From NCBI GenBank assembly GCA_965228895.1, contig OZ245842.1, positions 3,360,001 through 3,424,000 on the forward strand: 64,000 nucleotides of DNA. Direction: 5' to 3'. Of this stretch, positions 1 to 9,476 are shown in pieces (position 1 is the first letter of the stretch; every line of letters begins with the position of its first letter). The position numbers were made by a program, and so were the translations under genes. The notes beneath the pieces are model-generated. The model searched no databases. It saw only the letters and a program-made list of their open reading frames with translations, and was not told the DNA's origin. The DNA comes from Alphaproteobacteria bacterium. GTDB taxonomy: Bacteria; Pseudomonadota; Alphaproteobacteria; SP197.

Positions 1-66
1 GGCTGCGGCGCTCTGCTCACGGCGTCACGCACCGACGATCTCGACTGGCGCCCCGGCAGCGGCTGA
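1..66 (+). CDS. 3' end of a gene entering from the left edge (partial, unknown product)
   Basis: Frame 1 is open to TGA at 64-66 (GCGALLTASRTDDLDWRPGSG*), converging on the stop of the Rieske oxygenase. Confidence 0.35.
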   Translation, partial: GCGALLTASRTDDLDWRPGSG

Positions 67-69
67 CGC

Positions 70-1194
70 TCAGCCGGCGTTCGCCGGCGCCTCGATACCC
101 ATCCGCTCCAGCAGATGACAGGCGAACTCCCAGTTCGTCGCTTCCCAGGGATGCAGCGGCGCGCGATTGCCGGTGCCTGCGGCAAGTCCGCGCTGGACGC
201 CTTCGATGATCACCTTGTCTTCGGCCATGAACGCATGCACCGCATCGTTGGCCTCGGCGATTGTGGTTTGGTCGACCGGCTCGTTGCCTTCCGGATAAAG
301 CGCCAGCCACATGTGCGCACGCAGGCTTTGCGGCCCGTCTGGCATGACGGAGAGCCATAGCGCCGACCCGCCGTCGATAGCGAAGGCAAGGGCGGGATAG
401 ATGCAGATCAAATGGCTCGCCGTCACGTCTTCCTCCGCGACACCGCGCCGGCGCGCCGGTTCGACCGCATAAGATGCGTTGGTGCGCATCAGGTGATGGT
501 TGAACCCCGGCCCGCCCTTGAGGTTCTCGATCGTCGCCGTCGGTGTCGTGTCTTCCAGCGTCGCCTTGTGGACACGGAAGACGTGGTAACTCTCGCAGAA
601 GTTCTCGACCAGGACCTTCCAGTTGCACGCAAAGCTCATGTCCTCGCGCAGAATGACCTCGTGTTTGTCGAGCTCCAGTGGCGCGATGCGCGGCTCGAGA
701 TCGGCCAGCGCCGGCGCCAGAGGTTCAGCGTTCTCGTCCAGATTGACGAAGACGAGTCCCTGCCAGATCTCCAGCCCGAGCCGCTTCAAGCCGATATCGC
801 CCAGCGCGGCGCGGTCCATATGGGGCGCGCCCATCAGTTTGCCGGTCAGGTCATAGGACCAGGCGTGATAGGGACAGGAAAAGACGCTCGTGTTGCCCGA
901 TCCCGATGCAATGACCGCCGAGCGATGGGCGCAGACGTTGGAGAACGCACGCACCTCGCCATCGCGCCCGCGCGCGACCAGCACCGGCTGGCCGGCCAGA
1001 TCGAAGGTCAGATAGTCGCCGGCGTTCTTGAGCTCCGAGACATGGCCGACCACGATCCAACCGCTGGCAAAGACAGTCTCGCGCTCCAGCTTCGCCATCG
1101 CCTCGCTGGTATAGGCTTCTGGCGGCAGAGCAACGCGATCACCATGTGTCCGGCGCGCGTCGGCCCACGCGCTGAGTGTGGTTTCGATTGACAT
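70..1194 (-). CDS. Rieske aromatic-ring-hydroxylating oxygenase alpha subunit (choline monooxygenase/quaternary-amine oxygenase-like)
   Basis: Rieske motif CAHR...CPYHAW; mononuclear Fe motif NWKVLVENFCESYHVFRVH; C-terminal ED..IIEGVQRG. Confidence 0.9.
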   Translation of the reverse strand: MSIETTLSAWADARRTHGDRVALPPEAYTSEAMAKLERETVFASGWIVVGHVSELKNAGDYLTFDLAGQPVLVARGRDGEVRAFSNVCAHRSAVIASGSGNTSVFSCPYHAWSYDLTGKLMGAPHMDRAALGDIGLKRLGLEIWQGLVFVNLDENAEPLAPALADLEPRIAPLELDKHEVILREDMSFACNWKVLVENFCESYHVFRVHKATLEDTTPTATIENLKGGPGFNHHLMRTNASYAVEPARRRGVAEEDVTASHLICIYPALAFAIDGGSALWLSVMPDGPQSLRAHMWLALYPEGNEPVDQTTIAEANDAVHAFMAEDKVIIEGVQRGLAAGTGNRAPLHPWEATNWEFACHLLERMGIEAPANAG

Positions 1195-1206
1195 GACCGG
1201 ACCCTA

Positions 1207-1512
1207 TCACGCGTCCCTGGCGGCAAGCACGGCTTTGATCAGGTCCTCCGGCACGTCGTCGGGAACTGGCGCGTTCTGCTCATCAAAGGCGCGCTTCGCG
1301 ACCTCGATCGTTCGGCGATAGGCGGCGAGGTAATCGCGGCATTCCCGGCACACTTTCAGGTGCAACTCGAAAACGAATCGCTGCCGGTTGGGAAGCTCGC
1401 CCTCCAGATAGGCCAGAATGAAATCTTCGAACTCCCGGCACGTGATCATCAATGGCATGTGGTTCAGCATCATGCCGTGCAACCACTTCATGGGACGTAA
1501 CCCGTCAGCCAT
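1207..1512 (-). CDS. zf-HC2 zinc-binding anti-sigma factor
   Basis: ITCREFEDFILAYLEGEL...HLKVCREC (Cys...HxxxCxxC); GGGAGG RBS before ATG at 1512; directly downstream of the ECF sigma gene. Confidence 0.88.
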   Translation of the reverse strand: MADGLRPMKWLHGMMLNHMPLMITCREFEDFILAYLEGELPNRQRFVFELHLKVCRECRDYLAAYRRTIEVAKRAFDEQNAPVPDDVPEDLIKAVLAARDA

Positions 1513-1556
1513 CAGCACCTCCCTGCCGGCTGGCGCACGATCCGGCCCATGACATT

Positions 1557-1583
1557 GATGCCGGTCCCGATTGTTTCGTTACA
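1557..1583 (-). promoter_or_regulatory. putative ECF sigma promoter (TGTAACG-N16-CATC) upstream of the anti-sigma gene
   Basis: Minus strand TGTAACGAAACAATCGGGACCGGCATC; same motif and spacing as at 2795-2820. Confidence 0.65.
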
Positions 1584-1609
1584 TCGAACGATCCATGGTG
1601 AAATCACCA

Positions 1610-2242
1610 TCACAGCTCTCCCTTCAGAACCGGCTCCAACAGCTTCTTCAGCGCCGAGCGGCCACGATGCAGACGCACCTTCACGTTCGCCTCGCTGATG
1701 CCAAGTCCCTCAGCCACTTCGCTTGTCGACAACTCCTCGATATCGCGCAGCTTCAGAACCACCCGGTAGTTTTCCGGCAGCTCATCGATCATGCGGTGGA
1801 CGAGATCGCGCCGGTCCTTTTGGTCGTAAATTTCGTCCGGCGTCGCCAAGGCCGACCAGGAGCCTTCGATACGGCAAGCGTTCTCGTCGAACGACGGCAA
1901 CCAGTCGTCGATCGGCACGTCGGTAATGTTGCGACGTGACCGCAGTTTCATTAGCGCCTGGTTGACGGTGATCCGGTGCAGCCATGTCTTGAGGCTGGAG
2001 CGTTCTTCGAAACCACCGATCTTGGCGAGCGCGTTGATCAACGCCTCTTGCGCACAATCCTCGGCCAGCGACCGCTCGCCCAGGATGCGTTGGGCGGCCG
2101 CGATCATGGCACCGGCATGGGTACGCACCAGAATTTCGGCCGCCGACGCCTCGCCCGCCTTCAACGCGGTCACCAGCGACGCCTCGTCAATCGAAGCTTT
2201 GGTCATCGACCTCGATCTATGGTCGAGCCCCTCGTCCATCAC
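1610..2242 (-). CDS. ECF-type sigma-70 family RNA polymerase sigma factor
   Basis: AEDCAQEA, FEERSSLKTWLHRITVN (region 2); LPENYRVVLKLRDIEELSTSEVA...VKVRLHRGR (region 4); start could be 2239 or 2206. Confidence 0.95.
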   Translation of the reverse strand: MMDEGLDHRSRSMTKASIDEASLVTALKAGEASAAEILVRTHAGAMIAAAQRILGERSLAEDCAQEALINALAKIGGFEERSSLKTWLHRITVNQALMKLRSRRNITDVPIDDWLPSFDENACRIEGSWSALATPDEIYDQKDRRDLVHRMIDELPENYRVVLKLRDIEELSTSEVAEGLGISEANVKVRLHRGRSALKKLLEPVLKGEL

Positions 2243-2365
2243 CGCAGCTTACCACCCAGCGACCATCGCGCATGCCGCACAATCAGGGAATATCGCAGCG
2301 GCGACTCCGCCACCGTTCCGTACGGCCTATACTTCCTGACAGCCGGGTGACAACGGGAGGGTGGC

Positions 2366-2773
2366 GTGCGTGAGGACTGGCGAAGGGCCGCGATTGACGG
2401 CGATGCCGACACGATCGAACGTCTGCTGGCCGAAGGTATCGATGTCGAAGGTCTGGATCACTATGCCCAGACCGCTCTGATGTTGGCCGCGCGACACGGC
2501 CATGGTTCGGTGGTCGGCTTGCTGCTGGCCGCAGGCGCCGATAAGGATGTCACCGCCAAGTACAAGCTCAGCGCACTCATGCTGGCGGTCGTTAATCGCC
2601 ATCAGAGTGTCGCCAGGCAGTTGGTCGATGCCGGTGCCAATACGCGGTTGCGCAGCAGCGGCGAGACCGGGTTCTCCGGCCAGACCGCCGCGGAAATGGC
2701 CACGCAAGGTGGCCTTCACGAACTCGCCGCCTACATCGCAGCGGCCGATAAAGGCGCCGCAACGGACAGATGA
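2366..2773 (+). CDS. ankyrin repeat protein
   Basis: QTALMLAARHGH..VV.LLL.AGA, SALMLAVVNRH..VARQLV.AGA, GQTAAEMA repeats. Confidence 0.88.
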   Translation: MREDWRRAAIDGDADTIERLLAEGIDVEGLDHYAQTALMLAARHGHGSVVGLLLAAGADKDVTAKYKLSALMLAVVNRHQSVARQLVDAGANTRLRSSGETGFSGQTAAEMATQGGLHELAAYIAAADKGAATDR

Positions 2774-2794
2774 CACGAATTCGCTCACAATAGC

Positions 2795-2820
2795 GTAACC
2801 AAACCCTCAATCGGCGCATC
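2795..2820 (+). promoter_or_regulatory. putative ECF sigma promoter (GTAACC-N16-CATC) upstream of the nhaP-Rieske/GltB-Rieske/TPP operon
   Basis: GTAACCAAACCCTCAATCGGCGCATC; matches the motif at 1557-1583. Confidence 0.65.
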
Positions 2821-2888
2821 GGACACCCATCTGTTGGTGATTGGGTTCCCCGCAAGCGCCGGGGGTTTGGAAGGGGGCTTGTGTTCGC

Positions 2889-4142
2889 ATGACGGTCGGT
2901 TTGCTCGTGGTAATGCTGGTTACCGCTGCCTTCACCATGGTGGCGCAACGGCTGTCGACCACGGTGATCACCGCACCCATGGTGTTCCTGGCGCTGGGTT
3001 ACCTGGCGTCGCTGACGGGCTTGCTGCCTCACCAGGAGGTCGAGGTGGCCTTGCATCTGGTCGCCGAGATCGCGCTGATCATTCTGTTGTTCCTGGACGC
3101 CGCCCAGATGGACGTGATGGCGTTGCGCCGGCGCCATGTGTGGCCGACGCGCATGCTGGCGATCGGCCTGCCGCTCACCATCGTACTCGGCACGCTGGCG
3201 GCCCTGCCCTTCCTCGACGGCTGGCCGCTGGTCGGCGTGGCGCTTGTGGCCGCCATTCTGGCGCCGACCGATGCGGCGCTCGGCCAGGCGGTCGTCACCA
3301 ACCCGCTGGTTCCCGACCGCGTGCGCCGTGCACTGACCGTCGAAAGCGGCCTCAACGACGGCCTGGCGCTGCCCGCCGTTCTGCTCTTCGCCAGCCTGGC
3401 CGCCGAGGTCATGGATAGCGAACGGACCAACTGGCTGGTGTTCGGCGCTCAACAGCTGATCCTCGGACCCATCGCGGGCCTTATCGTCGGTTTCGCCGGT
3501 GCCAAGCTCCTGCTCTATGCCAAGGATCGCCATTTAACGTCCACCACCTACGAAGGCATCGGCGCGCTCGCCATGGCGTTTGCCTGTTATCTGGCGGCCG
3601 ACGCGGTCGGCGGCAACGGCTTCATCGCCGCCTTTGCAGGCGGCCTGACCTTCGGCGCGATCGTCGAGGGACGCTGCAAGTTCGTCTATGAGTTCACCGA
3701 GAGCGAAGGCCAGATGCTGGCCTGGGCGGCCTTTTTCCTGCTCGGCCTGGCGCTGGTGCCCGAGGCGATCCAGCACCTCACGTGGTCAAGCCTGGCGATC
3801 ATCTTGATCAGCCTGTTCGTCGTGCGCCCTGTCGCTATCTGGCTGTCGCTGATCGGTACCAACGCCGCGCCCATTACCCGCCTTTTCTTCGGCTGGTTCG
3901 GGCCGCGCGGCCTGGCGACGGCGCTCTTCGCGCTGCTGATCCTGGAACAGATCACCGACGAGCTTTCCGCGCCCGTACTGGCGCTCGCGATCAATGCTGT
4001 GTGGATCAGCGCGCTGCTGCACGGCCTTAGCGCCATGCCGGCGGCCAAACGCTACGCCAAGGTCGTCGCGGCGATGGGGCCGTGCGCGGAGACGCAAGCT
4101 ATCGACGGCTCCGCCAAACCGCTTGTCACGCGAGACCATTAA
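2889..4142 (+). CDS. cation:proton antiporter (CPA1/NhaP family)
   Basis: About 12 hydrophobic segments; LAPTDAALG, VESGLNDG and GWFGPRGLA motifs. Confidence 0.93.
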   Translation: MTVGLLVVMLVTAAFTMVAQRLSTTVITAPMVFLALGYLASLTGLLPHQEVEVALHLVAEIALIILLFLDAAQMDVMALRRRHVWPTRMLAIGLPLTIVLGTLAALPFLDGWPLVGVALVAAILAPTDAALGQAVVTNPLVPDRVRRALTVESGLNDGLALPAVLLFASLAAEVMDSERTNWLVFGAQQLILGPIAGLIVGFAGAKLLLYAKDRHLTSTTYEGIGALAMAFACYLAADAVGGNGFIAAFAGGLTFGAIVEGRCKFVYEFTESEGQMLAWAAFFLLGLALVPEAIQHLTWSSLAIILISLFVVRPVAIWLSLIGTNAAPITRLFFGWFGPRGLATALFALLILEQITDELSAPVLALAINAVWISALLHGLSAMPAAKRYAKVVAAMGPCAETQAIDGSAKPLVTRDH

Positions 4143-4177
4143 CCGAAGACCACAACGTTCCTGTCTGGGAGAAGTTC

Positions 4178-5812
4178 ATGAACAAAACAAGTGTCGCCAA
4201 ACTCGACGACCTCAAAGACCGCAAGCCGACCTATGCCCTGGTCGGCGAAGTCGACCTTGTCGTCGTGCGTTTCGGCGAGGAAGTCTCCGTCTTCTATGGC
4301 CGCTGCCTGCATCGCGGTGCCTTGATGGCCGACGGTTTTGTCAGTGGCGACAACTTGATCTGCGGCGTCCACTACTGGGACTACCGGTTGGACTCCGGCG
4401 TCAGCGAATACGCCAACGACGAGAAGCTGCCGAAGTTCTCTTCGTGGATCGAAGACGGCGAGGTCCTGGTCGATGCCGACGAGATCGCCACCTGGGCGCT
4501 CGACAATCCGCAACCGTTCAACCGCGACGCCTACTTGGGCCTTTATGCCGACACCAGCCACGGCACGCCGGAAGAACCCTATAACGGCCTGATCCAGCAA
4601 TACGCCAAGGACGCGCTGACCAAAACCGGCCACCATGGTCGCGTCGAAGCCATGGGCGTGCCGCGCGACGACCTGCCGACCTGGGACGACATTCAGATCT
4701 TGACGGCGCAGCTCCACAAGGCGCCGCTGCTCGACGACCACGACGTCGGCACCGACGTGGTCATCGGCCCGCGCGCGCAGAAACCGCTGCGCCTGAAGAT
4801 CCCGCTTTTTGTCTCCGACATGAGCTTCGGCGCACTGTCCGAACCCGCCAAGATCGCACTCGCGCGCGGCGCGGAGATGGCGGGAACCGGCATCTGTTCG
4901 GGCGAAGGCGGCATGCTGCCGGAAGAACAGCAGAACAACTCCCGCTACTTCTATGAACTCGCATCAGCGCGCTTCGGTTTCGCCTGGGAGAAGCTGCAGA
5001 ACGTGCAGGCGTTCCACTTCAAAGGCGGCCAGGGTGCGAAGACCGGCACCGGCGGCCACCTGCCCGGCCCCAAGGTCAAGGGCAAGATCGCCGAGGTACG
5101 TGGTCTCGACGAAGGCCAGCCCGCCGTTTCACCGCCGCGTTTCCCGGAGTGGACGGAGCCACACCAGATCCGCGACTTCGCCGATGAGGTGCGCGACCGC
5201 ACCGGCGGCATTCCGATCGGCTACAAGCTCTCGGCCCAGCACATCGAAAAGGATATCGACGCCGCGCTCGAAGTCGGCGTTGACTATATCATCCTGGACG
5301 GGCGCGGCGGCGGCACCGGTGCCGCCCCCATCATCTTCCGCGACAACATCTCGGTGCCGACGATCCCGGCGCTCGCCCGCGCACGCCGTCACCTCGACCG
5401 GTCCGGCCAGAAGGACATCACGCTGGTCATCACCGGCGGTCTGCGCAAGCCAGCGGATTTCGTCAAAGCGCTCGCCATGGGCGCCGACGCCGTTGCGGTC
5501 GCCAACTCAGCCATGCAGGCGATCGGCTGCATCGCCATGCGCGCGTGCCACACCAACAACTGCCCGGTCGGCATCGCAACGCAGAAACCGCATCTGGTGT
5601 CGCGCCTGGTGGTCGAGAAGTCCGCCGTGCAGTTGAAGAACTTCTTCGATGCGTCGGTCGAGCTCATGCAGGTCATGGCGCGCGCCTGCGGCCACGATCA
5701 TCTCTCAGAGTTCACCATCGACGACCTGACCACCTGGAAATCCGACATGGCGGCGCTCTCCGGCGTCGCCTTCGGCGGTGTCGGCCCGGCCGACGACCGC
5801 CATGCGCAATGA
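4178..5812 (+). CDS. Rieske [2Fe-2S] domain fused to FMN-binding glutamate synthase-like domain (GltB2-type, no amidotransferase domain)
   Basis: N-terminal CLHRG...CGVHYW; SDMSFGALS, SGEGG, KGGQGAKTGTGGHLPG, DGRGGGTGAAP; 3Fe-4S motif CIAMRACHTNNCPVG. Confidence 0.92.
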   Translation: MNKTSVAKLDDLKDRKPTYALVGEVDLVVVRFGEEVSVFYGRCLHRGALMADGFVSGDNLICGVHYWDYRLDSGVSEYANDEKLPKFSSWIEDGEVLVDADEIATWALDNPQPFNRDAYLGLYADTSHGTPEEPYNGLIQQYAKDALTKTGHHGRVEAMGVPRDDLPTWDDIQILTAQLHKAPLLDDHDVGTDVVIGPRAQKPLRLKIPLFVSDMSFGALSEPAKIALARGAEMAGTGICSGEGGMLPEEQQNNSRYFYELASARFGFAWEKLQNVQAFHFKGGQGAKTGTGGHLPGPKVKGKIAEVRGLDEGQPAVSPPRFPEWTEPHQIRDFADEVRDRTGGIPIGYKLSAQHIEKDIDAALEVGVDYIILDGRGGGTGAAPIIFRDNISVPTIPALARARRHLDRSGQKDITLVITGGLRKPADFVKALAMGADAVAVANSAMQAIGCIAMRACHTNNCPVGIATQKPHLVSRLVVEKSAVQLKNFFDASVELMQVMARACGHDHLSEFTIDDLTTWKSDMAALSGVAFGGVGPADDRHAQ

Positions 5813-5822
5813 GGGGACGATC

Positions 5823-7799
5823 ATGAACGCCGAAAACCTCGACTGGATTGCCGTCGGCCATGTCGACGATCTGCCGGAAGGCCGAGTCAAGACGGTCACC
5901 GCACGCACCGTCTCGATCTGCCTCTCCCACTTCGACGGCCAGTGGGCCGCCATGGACAACCGCTGCCCGCACCAGGGCGGACCGCTCGGCGAAGGCTCGA
6001 TCGAAAAAGGCGCCGAAGGCCAGTGCTGGATCCGCTGCCCCTGGCACGGCTGGGACTTCGATCCCCTGACCGGCGCACCGCCCGGCGGCCATGAGGACAC
6101 CGGCCAGAAACTCTTCCCCGTCGACATCCGCGACGGCAAGATCTTCGTCGGCATGGAGCCCGAGCCGCCGCATGAACGCACGGCGACCGACGTCATGGCC
6201 GAGACCATGGTCAACTGGGGCGTCAAACGCGTCTTCGGCATGGTCGGCCACTCCAATCTGGGCCTTGCTGACGCCATCCGCCGTCGTGTCATCGACGGCG
6301 ACGTCTCCTATATCGGCATCCGCCACGAAGGCGCCGCTGCCTTCGCGGCTTCCGCCTATGGCAAGTTGACCGGCAAACCTGCCGCGTGCTTGACCATCGC
6401 CGGTCCCGGCGCGACGAACCTGTTGACCGGCCTGTGGGACGCCAAGGTCGATCGCTCGCCGGTGTTGGCGCTGACCGGTCAGGTGCAGACTCAGGTGTTC
6501 GGCCCGGGCGCGTTTCAGGACATCGACCTGCGCTCGGCCTTCGACGCCGTCACCCGTTTCTCGCAGCCGGTGCTCAGCACGTCGAAGCATGCGGAACTGA
6601 TGTCGCTGGCGTGCAAAAACGCCATCGTCGAGCGCGACGTCGCCCACCTGATCTTTCCCGACGACATGCAGACCATGCCCAGCGACGCGCCGGCAGGCGG
6701 GCCGGAAGGGCGGACCGGCGGTTCGGTGGTCGTGCCCGAAGACGCGGATCTTGAGAAAGCCGCGCGGATGATCAACGACGCCAAGCGGCCGGTTATCGTC
6801 ATGGGTCACGGCGCGGTCGCTGCGCGCGATCATGTCATCGCCCTTGCCGAACGCATCGGCGCGCCGGTCATGACCACATTCAAGGGCAAGGGCCTGATCG
6901 CCGACAGCCATCCCAACGCTGCCGGCGTGCTCGGCCGCTCCGGCACGCCGATCGCCAGCTGGTTCATGAATGAGGCCGATCTCTTGATTGCACTCGGTAC
7001 GTCGTTCTCCAACCACACGGGCATCACTGACTACAAACAGATCATCCAGGTCGACTTCGAGCGTATGCAGCTCGGCAAGTTTCACCCGGTAACCCTGCCG
7101 ATCTGGGGCGAGATCGCCGCCTTCTGCGACGCCGTCTCTCCGCGCATCGCCGGCAGCCGCGACGCGATCGACCAGATCGGCGAGCTCGACGAACGTTGGC
7201 GCATTTGGCGCGAGGAAAAGGCGACGCGGCTCGGCGAGAACCGCGGCCAGGGCATCCATTCAGCCGCCCTCTTCAAGACGCTGACGGAACTCTGTCCTGA
7301 TGACGCGATCATCCCGGTCGACGTCGGTAACAATACCTATTCGTTCGGCCGCTACTTCGAAACGAAGGGTCAGCGCGTCCTGATGTCCGGTTATCTCGGC
7401 TCCATCGGTTTCGGCTTTCCCGCCGCCATGGGCGCGTGGGCGGCGACCCAGGACTTCCCCGTGTACGCCGGGCGCAAGGTCATCTCGATCTCCGGCGACG
7501 GCGGGTTTGGCCAGTACGCCATGGAGTTCAACACCGCCGTCAAATACAACATGGACATCACCCACATCCTTTTGAACAACGCCGAGCTAGGCAAGATCTC
7601 GAAAGAGCAGCGCGCCGGTGAGTGGGAAGTCTGGGAAACCAACCTGCACAACCCGCCGTTCTCGACCTATGCCCGTCTGTGCGGCGGTCATGGCGTCAAG
7701 GTCAGCAAAACCGAAGACCTTCATGACGCCATTGCCGAGGCCATCGCCCACGAGGGCCCCGCGCTGGTCGAGGTCATGACCGACGCGGAACTTGTCTAA
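5823..7799 (+). CDS. Rieske domain-fused thiamine pyrophosphate enzyme (pyruvate oxidase/PoxB-like)
   Basis: N-terminal CPHQGGPL...CPWHGW; IRHEGAAAFAA, GPGATNLLTGL, GDGGF...NN TPP-binding motif. Confidence 0.92.
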   Translation: MNAENLDWIAVGHVDDLPEGRVKTVTARTVSICLSHFDGQWAAMDNRCPHQGGPLGEGSIEKGAEGQCWIRCPWHGWDFDPLTGAPPGGHEDTGQKLFPVDIRDGKIFVGMEPEPPHERTATDVMAETMVNWGVKRVFGMVGHSNLGLADAIRRRVIDGDVSYIGIRHEGAAAFAASAYGKLTGKPAACLTIAGPGATNLLTGLWDAKVDRSPVLALTGQVQTQVFGPGAFQDIDLRSAFDAVTRFSQPVLSTSKHAELMSLACKNAIVERDVAHLIFPDDMQTMPSDAPAGGPEGRTGGSVVVPEDADLEKAARMINDAKRPVIVMGHGAVAARDHVIALAERIGAPVMTTFKGKGLIADSHPNAAGVLGRSGTPIASWFMNEADLLIALGTSFSNHTGITDYKQIIQVDFERMQLGKFHPVTLPIWGEIAAFCDAVSPRIAGSRDAIDQIGELDERWRIWREEKATRLGENRGQGIHSAALFKTLTELCPDDAIIPVDVGNNTYSFGRYFETKGQRVLMSGYLGSIGFGFPAAMGAWAATQDFPVYAGRKVISISGDGGFGQYAMEFNTAVKYNMDITHILLNNAELGKISKEQRAGEWEVWETNLHNPPFSTYARLCGGHGVKVSKTEDLHDAIAEAIAHEGPALVEVMTDAELV

Positions 7800-7833
7800 G
7801 GCGCGGCGATCCGACACCTAGAAGGAGACCACC

Positions 7834-8685
7834 ATGGCTGATACCAGCCCGCTTACCTCATGCCCGCCCGATGCCTTGGTCGACACGCGTCACATGACCC
7901 ATCAGGCGATGCAACTGCTCAGCAAGGCGGCGCTTGCCAACCTGGAACCGGTCGACGATTACAGCCACACCAACATGGGTTGGGATATCAAGCACGGCGC
8001 GTTTTTGACGCAACCGATCACGACAGCCGGCGGCGACCTCTATGTCGGTCTGGTCTTCGCCAGTTTGACGCTTACGATCGTGCGCGGCGGCGCCATCACC
8101 GCGCAGCTTGATCTGAACGGCATCTCCGACAACGCGGCCGGTCAGTGGCTCGATGCCCAGCTTGCCGAAACCGGCCTCAAACCGGCATCGGCCATGACGC
8201 TCTTCTATGACCTGCCGGCCGAGGTTACCGGCATCACCACCTATTCAAGTGCGGGGCTTGGACCCTGCCTCGTCACCCTCGGACACTGGTTCGCCTTTGC
8301 CGACGGGCTGCTCTCCACGTTCGCCAACGCCAACGCCGCTCTCAATCCAGGACCCAGCCCGGTGCGCTGCTGGCCCCATCATTTCGATATCGCGACTTAT
8401 GTCAGTCTCGAGGAAGGCGACTTCGAAACCGCCAAGGGTATCGGCGTCGGCCTGTCACCCGGCGACGGCAGTTACGCGCAGCCCTATTTCTATGTCACGC
8501 CCTTCCCCGCGCCCGACCTCGCCGCCCTGCCGCCTGCGCCGGCCCCCGGCCACTGGCACAGCGAAGGCTTCGTCGGCGCCATCGCGACCGGCGAAGAACT
8601 CCTCACCCTCGACGACATTGCGTCCGGCGCCGCCGCCTTCGTCGACCAGGCGTTCGCCATCGGCCGTGAGAAACTTGGGGTCTAG
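7834..8685 (+). CDS. conserved hypothetical protein (DUF5996-like)
   Basis: AAGGAG RBS; SPVRCWPHHFDIAT...GLSPGDGSYAQPYFYVTPFP resembles DUF5996-type proteins (from recall). Confidence 0.7.
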   Translation: MADTSPLTSCPPDALVDTRHMTHQAMQLLSKAALANLEPVDDYSHTNMGWDIKHGAFLTQPITTAGGDLYVGLVFASLTLTIVRGGAITAQLDLNGISDNAAGQWLDAQLAETGLKPASAMTLFYDLPAEVTGITTYSSAGLGPCLVTLGHWFAFADGLLSTFANANAALNPGPSPVRCWPHHFDIATYVSLEEGDFETAKGIGVGLSPGDGSYAQPYFYVTPFPAPDLAALPPAPAPGHWHSEGFVGAIATGEELLTLDDIASGAAAFVDQAFAIGREKLGV

Positions 8686-8690
8686 ATCCG

Positions 8691-9374
8691 ATGGCCGCCG
8701 CGCTCACCATCGCCGTCATCTTCATGGTCTCGTTCACCGTCGTGCGGATCGCCGCCGTTGCCATGCGGCTGACTGGCCTGCCGGAAACGGTCGCACGCCT
8801 GCAGTGTCTCTCGGCGCTGACCGGCACCGGTTTCACGACCAGCGAGTCGGAGATGATCGTCAACTATCCGGTCCGCCGGCGCATTCTCGGCCTGCTCATG
8901 GTCACCGGCAATCTGGGGCTGGCCTCGGTCGCCGCGACCCTCATCGTCTCGCTGGTCGACACGGAACCGCGCGCCGGCGCCATCGCCTGGCAGGCCGCAA
9001 TGATGGCGATCGCCGTCGCCATCGTCGTCACGGTCATGTCGCGCGCCATCGTCGACCGCGCCATGTGCGGGCTGATCGGTAAGATCCTGTTGCGCACGAC
9101 GACGCTCGGCAAACGCCACTATCACCGTGTGTTGCAGGTCGATACCGGCTACAGCGTCACCGAGCACCAGTATCGCGGCGCGCGGACGCTATCGCTCACA
9201 GACCTGCCCGCCCCGTTTCACGACCTGCAGCTTCTGGCGAAACGTGGAGAACGTGAACACCTCGGCGAAGACATCGCCGATGACGCCATGATCATGCCTG
9301 GCGATATCCTGGTTTGTTACGGTCACGATGATGTTCATGAACGCTTCGCCGAAGAATTTTTCAATCCGTCATAG
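8691..9374 (+). CDS. membrane protein with K+-channel/KtrB-like pore segment and C-terminal TrkA-C-like domain
   Basis: ARLQCLSALTGTGFTTSESEMIVNYPVRRRI motif; C-terminal IMPGDILVCYG. Confidence 0.78.
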   Translation: MAAALTIAVIFMVSFTVVRIAAVAMRLTGLPETVARLQCLSALTGTGFTTSESEMIVNYPVRRRILGLLMVTGNLGLASVAATLIVSLVDTEPRAGAIAWQAAMMAIAVAIVVTVMSRAIVDRAMCGLIGKILLRTTTLGKRHYHRVLQVDTGYSVTEHQYRGARTLSLTDLPAPFHDLQLLAKRGEREHLGEDIADDAMIMPGDILVCYGHDDVHERFAEEFFNPS

Positions 9375-9476
9375 TCGTTCGCGAGGTGCGCGTCGTATGA
9401 CGATTCCGTAGCCCAATCGCCCTATCGTGGTATAAAAAACCTGACCACAACCAAAAACGTTGAAGGCGGGGACGGT

